From contig MEDX01000094.1 of the NCBI GenBank assembly GCA_001724245.1, positions 1 through 33,955 on the forward strand: 33,955 nt of DNA, given 5' to 3'. Position numbers and translations under genes: made by a program. The stretch comes from Fonticula-like sp. SCN 57-25 (Eukaryota). Shown piece by piece: positions 1 to 9,627 of the stretch. The notes beneath the pieces are model-generated. The model was not told where the DNA came from. It made no database searches and saw nothing but the letters and a program-made list of their open reading frames with translations. The stretch's first letter is position 1. Every line of letters begins with the position of its first letter.

Positions 1-1
1 G

Positions 2-250
2 GGCGGCGAGAGCAGCGGCGATGAGGGCGGCGACGACTCAAAGGCCAAGGCGTTCAAGAAGCTGGCCGCCGCGCGCCGGCGCTCGGGCGGCGCCGAGACG
101 TCCACACCAGGCCGCCGCCGTGTCGTCATGGATGACGTGATCGACTCGGACGAGTCTGGGAGCGACCAAGAGGGCGAGGTCAACGACGACAGCCGCATGA
201 GCGTGTCGCCCGCGCCGGCCCAGGACGCGTCGCCCGAGACGGACGCGTGA
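2..250 (+). CDS. 3' end of a gene entering from the left edge; acidic/Ser-rich low-complexity C-terminus, product unknown
   Basis: Open frame from base 2 (GGESSGDEGGDDSKAKAFKKLAAARRRSGG...SPETDA) to TGA at 248-250. GC3-rich codons, followed by an abrupt switch to AT-rich sequence. Confidence 0.75.
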   Translation, partial: GGESSGDEGGDDSKAKAFKKLAAARRRSGGAETSTPGRRRVVMDDVIDSDESGSDQEGEVNDDSRMSVSPAPAQDASPETDA

Positions 251-332
251 GCTTATAAAAGTCTATTTTTTCAAGTACTTGTATCATAATTCATGCTTGC
301 CCACATACTTCATCGGCTATTTATTACCCTTG

Positions 333-469
333 ATTGGTGGGAAAAGTGGGCTGCAGATGTTGCGATTGGTCAGTTCAAGCACCTCGACCGTCCAAAAAAG
401 GCCCACGCTCCTCATTGGGCGCGATACTATTTATGGAGTGGAATCGAACGTTCCTGATGATTTGATTGG
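333..469. promoter_or_regulatory. Cluster of four reverse CCAAT boxes (ATTGG) upstream of the zinc-finger gene
   Basis: ATTGG at 333, 365, 414 and 465, all in the same orientation; the first two are 32 bp apart, a typical NF-Y spacing. Confidence 0.45.
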
Positions 470-886
470 TGGATCCAGCCTTTTTCCGTTCATAATTTGG
501 CGAATCGGAATGCCAAGGTGCAATTCAAAGCGGTCTTTCTCGCCAGAAAAGGAAAGAGTCTCACGGCCGTTCAACATGGGAGACATGGCTTGAAGCGGCC
601 TTTTCTGTTTGAACGGAACGCGGCTTAGCATCGCCTCGCAGGGGGAGGGGTAAAGTTGGGCGTGAAGCGTTTTCGACAGCGAGCGGGTGGGTCGCCGTGT
701 GATCATCGTCGCGACCCTTTGCTTCCCCCGCTGTCTGTTTTTTTTTAGCGTGGGCATTCGCCTTCGGCCGCGAGCGGGCATCCCGAACGCCGGGTTTTAT
801 ATTAATTGCTTCCATCCTCGCTCCGCCATTCGGGCGACCTTTACTGCAGGCGGGCAGCCGATATCTGTCGGAGGGCCAGACATTTT

Positions 887-2782
887 ATGTCGAGCACGCT
901 CTCCAGCGGCAAAGGAGCGCCGCCAGGGCCTCCCGTGGTGGAAGCGCAGTCGAAATGCCATTGGGCCGCGGGATTTTGTGACGGAACAAAGGATTACACG
1001 CCGCAGCAGCTGCAGGAGCATCTTCTTGAGCATGTAACAAAGGAGAAGGAGGTACATAGTAATGTTTACAACGGCAAGGACGAGACGTTTTTCTATTGCA
1101 AAGTACGCTCGGTGCCGCCGCTGGATTCCTCGGCTAATCGTTGGTTTTTGCAGTGGCGGGGCTGTTCGTCTGCTGGATCGGACGGGTCGGCGTACTGTAG
1201 GCAAAAGAAGTACGACGTCATCGTTCACCTCAAGTGCCACTCCAAGTTTGAAGAGTATCAGTGTAGGCACTGTCGCAAGTCGTTCCTTCGCAAGTCCGAC
1301 CGCGATCGCCACGAAAACAACGCCAACCTTCATCGGACGACCAGTACGGGCTCAACCGATATCCAGGCCGAGGAGGCCTCTGCGTCGCCCACCACCAGCA
1401 ATGCACCCCCGCGTTTTTTTATGGCGTTGCAGCGCCTTCCTTTTTCAAGCCAGCAGCAGAATAACTGCGCCCCGGGCCAGCCGAGGTCCATGGGGCAACT
1501 TGTGCCGCCCTTCACCGATCGCCAGGCCGGCCCTATGCCCGCACGCCCTCTGTTCTCCGATTCTGCTGCTTTTGCGCCATCTTCGTTGCCGTCGCCGCTG
1601 GCGCAGCAGCATAGTCAGATGGACTACCATGACACGGTGAACTCGTACGCCAGCGATGGCGGCGAATTCGGCTCGCGATCACCGAAACGCCAGCGGATTG
1701 GGAGTCTCACGCCGGGCGTTGCGGCATCGTCGCCATCGTCCCCTGAAAAGTCGCTGATGCCGACGCGCACCCCCTCGATGGGCGACGCATCGTTTATGCA
1801 GATGATGGCATCGCAACACAATTCGCCGTTTCAACCGGCGACGTTGCAGCAACAGCAGCAGCAGCAACAGATCCTGCAGCAGCAATCAATCATGCAGCAG
1901 CAAGCCCTTTTGCAGCAGCATATAACTGCATTGCAAAATCAGCACCAGCAACAGCAGCTTCTACTTCAGCAGCAGCAGCAGCAGCTCCAACAGCAGCAGC
2001 AACAGCAGAAGCAGCAGCAGTACCCTCAGCCGTACTCGCACCAGCAGCAGCACGCGACCAAACAGGAGCACTTGCTTTCCCCCCGCCAGTTTACGTTTTC
2101 CTCGCCGACGCCCCCGCTGTCTCCTCGCCAGCCTTCTGCGGCGCAGATCCAGCCGGCCCACCCTCTCCAGATCGAGCTACCAAAGTCGCAAGGCTGGCCG
2201 TCGGTGGACAGCGGCCGCTTCAGCCTCCCGCCGCCTTCGCCGACGGGGACGCTGGCCCCCGCACATCTGATGCCGCAGATCAACAGCATGCGCGGGACGC
2301 CCGATTACACGCAGCTGAACCACTCGTGGTCGCCGACCACCGGCCTGTCGCCGCGCCAGAGGTCGTCGTTTGACCCTTCGCCACCGTCTCCGCAGCAGCA
2401 GCCGCAGCAACCGCTGCAACCGCTGCAGCGAAAGCAGTCGCTCCCGCCCTTTGCCCCGCCGGCGGTGTACCAGATGCCGTCGAATGGCGTCTCGCCGAAC
2501 GGCCCCTTTTGGGGAACGACGAGTGCCGGCGGGGCCGCGCCCGCCGCCGAGGAGCCCGACACGACGTTGACGCTGCTCTCGAACGTTGCTTTGATGCACC
2601 AGCCGCCCGAGAGCCGCGCGCCCGGCACAGCGCAGGGCCGCGTGACATCGCCGCCGGCTTGGCTGCCGCCGCACCTCGCAATGACGTATGCTGTGCACTC
2701 GCGCGAGAATGCAGGCGCAAAGGCCCCGGCTGTGCCGATGCCGGCGCAGAGCACACCGCAGGTCAAGGGCGCTGCCACATAA
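887..2782 (+). CDS. C2H2 zinc-finger transcription factor with three fingers of tandem CWCH2 type (PacC/Rim101-Gli-Zic-like) and a polyQ/Pro-rich C-terminus; exons 887-1102, 1154-2782
   Basis: Finger 1 is CHWAAGFC...LQEHLLEH. Removing the 51-nt intron 1103-1153 (GTACGC...CTAAT...TTTTTGCAG) restores finger 2, CK|WRGC...VHLKCH. Finger 3 is YQCRHCRKSFLRKSDRDRHENNANLH. ATG at 887. Confidence 0.85.
   Translation: MSSTLSSGKGAPPGPPVVEAQSKCHWAAGFCDGTKDYTPQQLQEHLLEHVTKEKEVHSNVYNGKDETFFYCKVRSVPPLDSSANRWFLQWRGCSSAGSDGSAYCRQKKYDVIVHLKCHSKFEEYQCRHCRKSFLRKSDRDRHENNANLHRTTSTGSTDIQAEEASASPTTSNAPPRFFMALQRLPFSSQQQNNCAPGQPRSMGQLVPPFTDRQAGPMPARPLFSDSAAFAPSSLPSPLAQQHSQMDYHDTVNSYASDGGEFGSRSPKRQRIGSLTPGVAASSPSSPEKSLMPTRTPSMGDASFMQMMASQHNSPFQPATLQQQQQQQQILQQQSIMQQQALLQQHITALQNQHQQQQLLLQQQQQQLQQQQQQQKQQQYPQPYSHQQQHATKQEHLLSPRQFTFSSPTPPLSPRQPSAAQIQPAHPLQIELPKSQGWPSVDSGRFSLPPPSPTGTLAPAHLMPQINSMRGTPDYTQLNHSWSPTTGLSPRQRSSFDPSPPSPQQQPQQPLQPLQRKQSLPPFAPPAVYQMPSNGVSPNGPFWGTTSAGGAAPAAEEPDTTLTLLSNVALMHQPPESRAPGTAQGRVTSPPAWLPPHLAMTYAVHSRENAGAKAPAVPMPAQSTPQVKGAAT
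1847..2020 (+). repeat. Imperfect CAG/CAA trinucleotide repeat encoding a polyglutamine tract
   Basis: Runs of cagcagcag/cagcaacag in frame with the zinc-finger ORF. Confidence 0.9.
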
Positions 2783-3128
2783 GATAGCGCGGTTTTTTGG
2801 ATTAGGAGTTTTGCAGAACTTATATATGATGTGCCTTGGATATCCTTTTTGTGTCTTTTGTGTGGATGATCGGTTCGTAAGTAGCTTGTTTGATGTTCGC
2901 CGAGTCATTGTATGAAGTACGCTCGTGCATTTTATGTCACGGAATTGCCAAAAGTGTGAGGGCGAAGCAATTTATGGAGCCACTGTTAATAGTATGACTT
3001 GTTCCATTAATACAATTCGAGTAAACATTTCACGCAATTTACACAATTATGTATACAAAATAAGTCCCTTATGCGGGGTTCAGCCATAGGGTGTCATGGA
3101 TCTACCATAGGATCTGCCACAAGAACTG

Positions 3129-3693
3129 CTATGTATCTACTGTGGCTGTCGGGGCCGCTGTCGGGCATGGGGCAGTCTGCGAGGCCTGCGACTCTTCTTT
3201 GGCTTTCCGCCCAGCGTCCCTCTTTTGCTTCCGCTTTGATTCCTGGTTGCCCGACTGCTCTTGCTTCTTCGCCTCACCCGCCGCCGGATCGTACACGGCC
3301 GACGGAAACTGGCTGTTAAAGGTCGGCCGGTGACGCAACGTAGGGAAGCGCTTCACTGCGCTGCACGACCCGCAGCGCACAACAAGGTGCGGCTCCCGAC
3401 GGCCGCGCGTACGCGTCGAGCTCGAGTCACCGGGAACAAGCAGCGAGCGGCATTTCTTGCAAATCATGCGCTTCACATTGGGGTCCCTAGGCTGTTTCAG
3501 TACACGGCTAGCATCATGGATCGCGCGCGCACAATCGAAGCACTTGCTTATGAACGACCGTTTTCATATCATTCATGAGAGCGGCGGCGAGCGGCGGCGC
3601 CTGCGCCTGCTGCACCGTCCACATGGCCGCCTGCTGAAGAAAGTTGACGCGCATCAGCGCATCGCGGGCGCCGGCCAGCGGCCGATCCGACAT
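3129..3693 (-). CDS. RPP21: RNase P protein subunit Rpp21/Rpr2; exons 3693-3533, 3486-3129
   Basis: RVNFLQQAA motif, then KQVLRL|DPNVKRMICKKC...LVVRCGSC...KRF (zinc ribbon). The 46-nt intron 3532-3487 (GTGCGC...CTAG) joins the two ORF-track fragments in frame. Confidence 0.93.
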
Positions 3694-4086
3694 CACCACG
3701 TGGCCAGGCGATGAGTGACAGAATGGACGGGACGAAGGGCTGCAACGCTTTAAAAGAGCGAGCAAAGAAAACAAAAGTCACTTGCAGAGAACAGCAAACA
3801 AAAGAGGTGCTGGAGTTACATAATGAATGCTGCGAATTATGGATTAGAGTATGCACGAAAATATGTCCTTTTGTCTAGATACGCCTGTGGTCAAATTGTC
3901 ATAGGTAGCGAGGTATGTGCATTGGTATTAAAACAATATAACAAGTAATTTGAACACGTCGAAAGGTACAAGATAAATGCGATAAACGACCAAAGCGAAA
4001 CAACATTCGGCACAAAAGCGACAGGCCGGCCAACGCGGCAAGCCCAAAGCACAGGCGCGCACAGCGACGCCGCGCCTCTACCCGCG

Positions 4087-5958
4087 CTACTCGCCCATGT
4101 TATCGTCGTCTGGTCCGGCCTGATTAAAGTACTGGTCGATATTGACGTCAGCGGCAGTCTGCCCCATGAACGCCGACAGCGACGAGTTCCACGTGTTGGT
4201 CGGCGACTCGAGCATCCCCATTGGCGACGCGAGAATCGGCGATAGCGACTGCTGCCCGGCGGTGCCGTTCCCACCGCTCGCCGCGCCGCCGTGCCCGCCC
4301 GCGCCGCCCGCGAGCATCGCCTGCTGGCTCGCGTGGAACGCCTCGACCTGCAGCGGCGTGAGCTTGAAATCGAGCAATGCCGGCTCGCTGTTGGGCTCGT
4401 TGAAGCTGCTGGCGCGCTGGTGCCCGCCGTGCACGAGCGGCGGCGACAGGCCCTCGATCGAGTCCTCAGAGTGGTAGTCGTGGAAGGACGCCGCGCGCTG
4501 GTGGTGCGACTGCTGCTGCGCCTGAAGGAACCGATTCCGGTACTGGAAGGCGCTCGCGGGGATCTCGGCGCTCGGGCTGAACATGCCGCGGCGCTGCTGA
4601 GGAGAGGGCTGCTGCTGGGCCTGCGCCTGCTGCTGAGCGCGCATCATCATGTCCCAGTTGGGGGCGGCCTGGACGGGGGAGGGGCCGCGGGAGCGAGCGG
4701 GGCGGCGGGGGTCATTCCACGTCGTCGTCTGATTCACATGACTGAAAGTAGGTGTGTCAATAGGAGGGAAAATGGAGGGAAATGGAGGGAAATCAAGAGA
4801 AAATGGAGAGAAAATTGGGCAAAGTAAAGGAAAAACAAGTTAATACAAGCCAAAAAACAAGCCTAATACAGGCCAAAACAAAGGCTATAACAAGTCAAAG
4901 CAAGCAAAAACGAATAATCAAAAGTAGACAATGTGCGCACTCGACATAGTACGGAGCGTTATCGGCCGTAAAGCGGCGCTCCCACCCGGACGGCAGCGGC
5001 CCTGCGCGACGACAGTCAGCGGCAAAAAACAGACACCCAAAAGCGCGTACCATAGTCCTGGTCATTGCCGCCTTCCCCGTCAATGTGCAGCGCCGGGAAC
5101 GACGTGTTCGTCGGCTGCGACATGATCGCGTTCGTCATCGGGTCGAGCCACGTTGTCGTCTGCGTCTGGTGATTGACAAAGTAGAGGCGGCCGTCGGGCG
5201 CCTGCCCGCGCTCCCAGCCCTCGGGCAGCTCCTCGGCGTCATAGAATTCTTCTTGCTGGCGGCGGCCCTTCTTGGTGCCGCCGGTTAGCGACCCGGACGA
5301 CGACTTGCGCTCCACCTTGACGGACACTGACGACGACGAGGGCGACGTATTCGACATGGAGGGGGCGGGTGACTTTTTCTTTGACGAGCCGCCGTGGTCG
5401 ATGCCAGGTGCGCCGCCGGTGAGGACGCTGGGATGGCGGGGTAAGTCAAGGGGATCGAGGCGTGCAAAGATCGTACTGGAGCTGGGACTTTAGCTGCGCG
5501 TTCTCCATATTCATGCGCTCAAGCTCGTGCATCAACGCCGACTTGTGCTCTTGCATTCCGTTGATGAATGCCACGGCTGTGCGACATTCGTGTGAGACGG
5601 ACGTGCCACGCATGGGGGAGGAAGCAGGCAGAACGTACCATGATTGAGAATTTCAATCTTTGTAAACTTTTTGTCGGCGCACGTCGGTACGCACGCCTTG
5701 AGCGCCTGAAAGGCGTCAACGAGCTGTCGCCTCCGCTGCTTTTCGCTCACCGAGTGGCTCTGTCTTACGGTCTCCGAAGCAGCTGGTTGAACAACGAAGA
5801 AAAGGATCGGAGGGTTAGATCACGGGCACCGGCGAGCGATGTCAGCACGTACAGTCTTTAACGTCCTCGCCCTCTGAATCGTCGCTTTCCCCTGGCGTAT
5901 TGCTCTTGTCGCGACGCATGCGGTACCCGCCGGATCCCCCCGCGGACGGCACAAACAT
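4087..5958 (-). CDS. bHLH-leucine zipper (Max/Mlx-like) protein with two WW domains and two HxRxxS motifs; exons 5958-5853, 5782-5639, 5576-5477, 5427-5051, 5001-4941, 4741-4087
   Basis: Spliced product contains [75 protein letters not shown] (bHLH-ZIP), [30 protein letters not shown] (WW1) and [33 protein letters not shown] (WW2). Five GT-AG introns of 70, 62, 49, 49 and 199 nt all give in-frame joins. An alternative in-frame ATG lies 39 nt downstream of 5958. Confidence 0.88.
4762..4900. repeat. Two degenerate short tandem arrays inside the 199-nt intron of the bHLH-WW gene
   Basis: About 10-11 nt units (gaaaatggag/gaaatggagg) at about 4762-4820, followed by about 23 nt units (aaaacaag..taatacaag/gcc) at about 4830-4900. 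Confidence 0.6.
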
Positions 5959-6315
5959 CTTGCGCTGAAGCGACCGAGAGCAGGTCCGGGGCTTTGGTAA
6001 AAACAAGTCGGTTTCGAGTCGGGTTTGGTAGGTTTCGGTGACAAAAAATTCTGTTTCCGTCGTTGTCTGTTTCAGGTTGATCGAGCAAAACGGGCTTCAA
6101 ATTGACAGGTTGAGGCGTGGCATAAATGAAAAGCAAGTTTTCTGCTGTCGACCCTTGAAAAGCACAGTTTTCTGTTATAAAAGTGCATCGCTATAGTTTA
6201 GAGCGATAGCTGTGCATCGCCAAAGCCGTCATAAATGCGCGATTTGTGTGTTGAAAAAAAGTATACGAAAAGACTAGTTTATTGCAGGGATGCAAGAGTG
6301 CCGCATTGATGCTGC

Positions 6316-7042
6316 TTAGTACGTGTCCATGGGCGGGCACGTGCACATGAGGTTGCGGTCACCAAACGCGTCGTCGAGACGCGAGGTGGCGGGCCAGAAC
6401 TTGTTGGCGCGCACGTAGGGCAGCGGGTAGGCCGCCTGCTCACGCGTGTACGGGACGGTCCACTCGTCGCCGGTGATGACGTGGGCCGGGTGAGGGGCGT
6501 TCTTGAGGATGTTGTTTGTGCGGGGCACCTTGCCCGACTCGATCTGGGCAATCTCCTCGCGGATGCTAAGCATGGCGTCGCAGAAGCGGTCGAGCTCGGC
6601 CTTGCCCTCCGACTCGGTGGGCTCAATCATGAGACTGCCGGGCACCGGGAAGGACATGGTGGGGCTGTGGAAGCCATAGTCCTGCAGGCGCTTGGCGACG
6701 TCGATGGCCTCGATGCCGGCCGAGTTCTTGAACGCGCGAAGGTCAATGATGAACTCGTGCGCGCACATGCCCTTGTCGTTGACGAAGCGGATCGAGTACG
6801 CCTTCTCGAGACGCGCCTTCATGTAGTTGGCGTTGAGGATGGCGGTCTGGGTGGCGAGGCGGAGGCCCTCCGTGCCCATCATGCGGATGTACGCCCACGG
6901 GATCGGGAGGATCGACGCCGACGAGTAGGACGCGGCGGCGACCGGGCCGATGGCCTTGGGGTTGCCGTTCGGCGTCACCGGGTGCGACGGGAAGAACTGC
7001 GCGAGGTGCTTCTTGGCGCCGATCGGGCCCATGCCAGGGCCA

Positions 7043-7080
<38 letters not shown>

Positions 7081-9309
7081 CAGGTGGCACACGTCAGCGC
7101 CATAGTCGCCGGGGCGGCAGAGGCCGACCTGGGCGTTCATGTTGGCACCATCAAGGTACACCTGGCCGCCGTTGGCGTGAATAATGTCGCACGCGTCGCG
7201 GACGCCGTCCTCAAACACACCGTACGTCGACGGGTACGTGATCATGATGGCGGCGAGGTTGTCGCGGTGCTTCTCGGCCTTGGCCTTGACGTCGGCAAGG
7301 TCCAGGCGGCCGTCAGCGTGGCACGCAACGGGCACCACGGTGTAGCCGCAGAGGTTGGCAGAGGCGGGGTTGGTGCCGTGCGCCGAAACGGGGATCAGGC
7401 ACACGTTGCGGTGGCCCTCGTTGCGGCTCTTGTGGTACTCGCGGATGCACATAAGGCCAGTGAACTCGCCGTTGGCACCGCTGTTGGGCTGGAGGGAGAC
7501 ACCGTCAAAGCCAGTGATCTCGGCAAGGTCGCGCTCGAGGTCGGCAAAGAGGCGAGCGTAGCCCTTGGCCTGCTCGGCCGGGGCGTACGGGTGCACGCTG
7601 TTGAACTCGGGCCAGGTGATCGGCACCATCTCGGTGGTCGCGTTCAGCTTCATCGTGCACGAGCCGAGGGCAATCATCGACGTGGTCAGCGAAAGATCCT
7701 TGTTCTGCAGGCGCATGATGTAGCGCAGCATCTCCGTCTCAGAGTGGTACAGGTTGAAGACGGGGTGCTCGAGGAACGGCGTAGTGCGGGCAAGCGCCTT
7801 GGACGGGACAGTGTCCTTGACGGCGGCCGAGATCTTGTCGAGCGAGGGCGTCGCGGCGCCGTCGGCAAAGACGGCAAAGAGCGCCTCGAGGTCGGCGGCC
7901 GACGTGGTCTCGTCAACCGAAATCGTGACAGTCTTGTCGTCCAGCTTGCGCAGGTTCATGTGCTTGGCGGCGGCGGCGGCGATGACCGCGTCGGCCGAGC
8001 CACCCTTGGGCTTGATGGCGATCGTGTCGAAGAAGTCGCCGGCCTGGACGGTGTGGCCGAGCTGGCGGAGGCCCTCGGCGAGCGAGGCCGCCATAAAGTG
8101 CGTGCGGCGGGCGATGCCGCGGAGGCCGTCGGCACCGTGGTACACGGCGTACATGGCGGCCATGTTGGCGAGGAGCGCCTGGGCAGTGCAAATGTTGGAC
8201 GTGGCGTTCTCGCGGCGAATGTGCTGCTCGCGCGTCTGGAGGGCAAGGCGCATAGCAACGTTGCCCTTGGCGTCCTTGGAGACACCGATGAGGCGGCCGG
8301 GCATGCGGCGCTTGAGCTCATTCGTGGTCGCAAAGAAGGCAGCGTGCGGGCCGCCGTAGCCGAGCGGCACACCAAAGCGCTGGGCCGAGCCGTAGCAGAC
8401 GTCGGCGCCAAACTCGGCGGGCGGCGTCAGCACAGTGAGGGCGAGCAGGTCGGCGCCGACGACAAAGAGGCCACCGGCCTTGTGCACGTTGTCGGCGAAC
8501 GACTTGTAGTCGTTGATGGAGCCGTCGGTGGTCGGGTACTGCACGAGGGCGCCGGCGAGGTCCTCACCGAAAGTGGCCGTGCGGTAGTCGCCGACGACAA
8601 TCTTGATGTTGAAGGGCTCGGCGCGCGTGCGGATGCAGGCGAGCGTCTGGGGGTGCACCTTCTCGTCCACAAAGAAGGTGTGGCGCGACTGGTCGTGGAA
8701 GGCAAAGGACATCATCATGCCCTCGGCGGCGGCAGTGCCCTCGTCGAGGAGCGAGGCATTGGCAATGTGGAGACCGGTCAGGTCGGTGACGACGGTCTGG
8801 AAGTTGAGGAGCGACTCGAGGCGGCCCTGGGAGATCTCGGGCTGGTACGGGGTGTACTGGGTGTACCATCCGGGGTTCTCCATGACATTGCGGAGGATCA
8901 CGTTCGGGACAAAGGTGTTGTAGTAGCCCATGCCGATGAACGAGCGCCAGACCTGGTTGTCGTCGGCGTACTTGCGAAGGTGCGCCAGGAGGGCCTGCTC
9001 GGTGAGCGGCTCCTCAAGCTTAAGGTCCTCCTTGACGCGAATCGACTTGGGGATCGTGCGGTCAATGAGCTCGTCGATCGACTTGGCGCCGATCGTGGAG
9101 AGCATGGTCTCACGCTCCGCCTCGGTCGGGCCAATGTGGCGACGCGCGAACGTATCGAGCGGCGCATAGGGGCTCGCCTGCATACGGGCGGCCGTCACGG
9201 AAAGCGCGCGCAGTGACACGTGTCCGATCGACGTCGAACGAACGGCGGCGCCGTTAGCGGCGACAGCGCCAGTGCGCACCGCCAAGCGGGTGGCAGCCAA
9301 GCGCAGCAT
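6316..9309 (-). CDS. GLDC: Mitochondrial glycine dehydrogenase (decarboxylating), glycine cleavage P protein; intronless CDS
   Basis: Motifs FARRHIGP, YTQYTPYQPEISQGRLESL, SCTMKLN and the PLP-lysine motif HLNLHKTFCIPHGGGGPG. The Arg/Ala/Ser-rich N-terminus from ATG 9309 resembles a mitochondrial presequence. Confidence 0.98.
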
Positions 9310-9627
9310 TGTTACTACACGGGGGGAACAGGGCACGAGTCAGTTCACCTCACTAATCCTTCCTTTTCCTCCACGCACGTCCACGCGTTTCACCTCCTCG
9401 GCAAAGCTCGGATGCGGTCGTCCACGTGGGCTTTTTAACTGGTTCTGGCGCGTGCTGTGATTGGATCAAAATGACAGAGCGGGGACAGCTTTTCCGGGGG
9501 GACCATATGGCTACTTCTGGTTTATGATAGATAAGAAGAATGGAACACATGCACAGCGGGTGACAGGGTCACCCGCACGCTCTCACGTACAAACGGGCAA
9601 GCACACATTTCAAATGGGAGTGGATAG

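Noticed and set aside
279-815. Short ORFs in the first intergenic region
   Set aside because: Mostly non-ATG starts, no codon bias or motifs; the region looks like promoter and 5' UTR.
3083-3165. Short imperfect repeats (atctaccatagg / atctgccacaag) at the RPP21 3' end
   Set aside because: Too degenerate and short; no spacer structure, so not CRISPR-like, and no function is supportable.
6481-9216. 911-aa ORF antisense to GLDC
   Set aside because: Shadow ORF: strong GC3 codon bias in GLDC removes stops on the opposite strand, and it has no recognisable motifs.
9310-9627. Possible glycine riboswitch upstream of GLDC
   Set aside because: No GGAGA / CCGAAG / CTCTCAGG core motifs on the sense strand.
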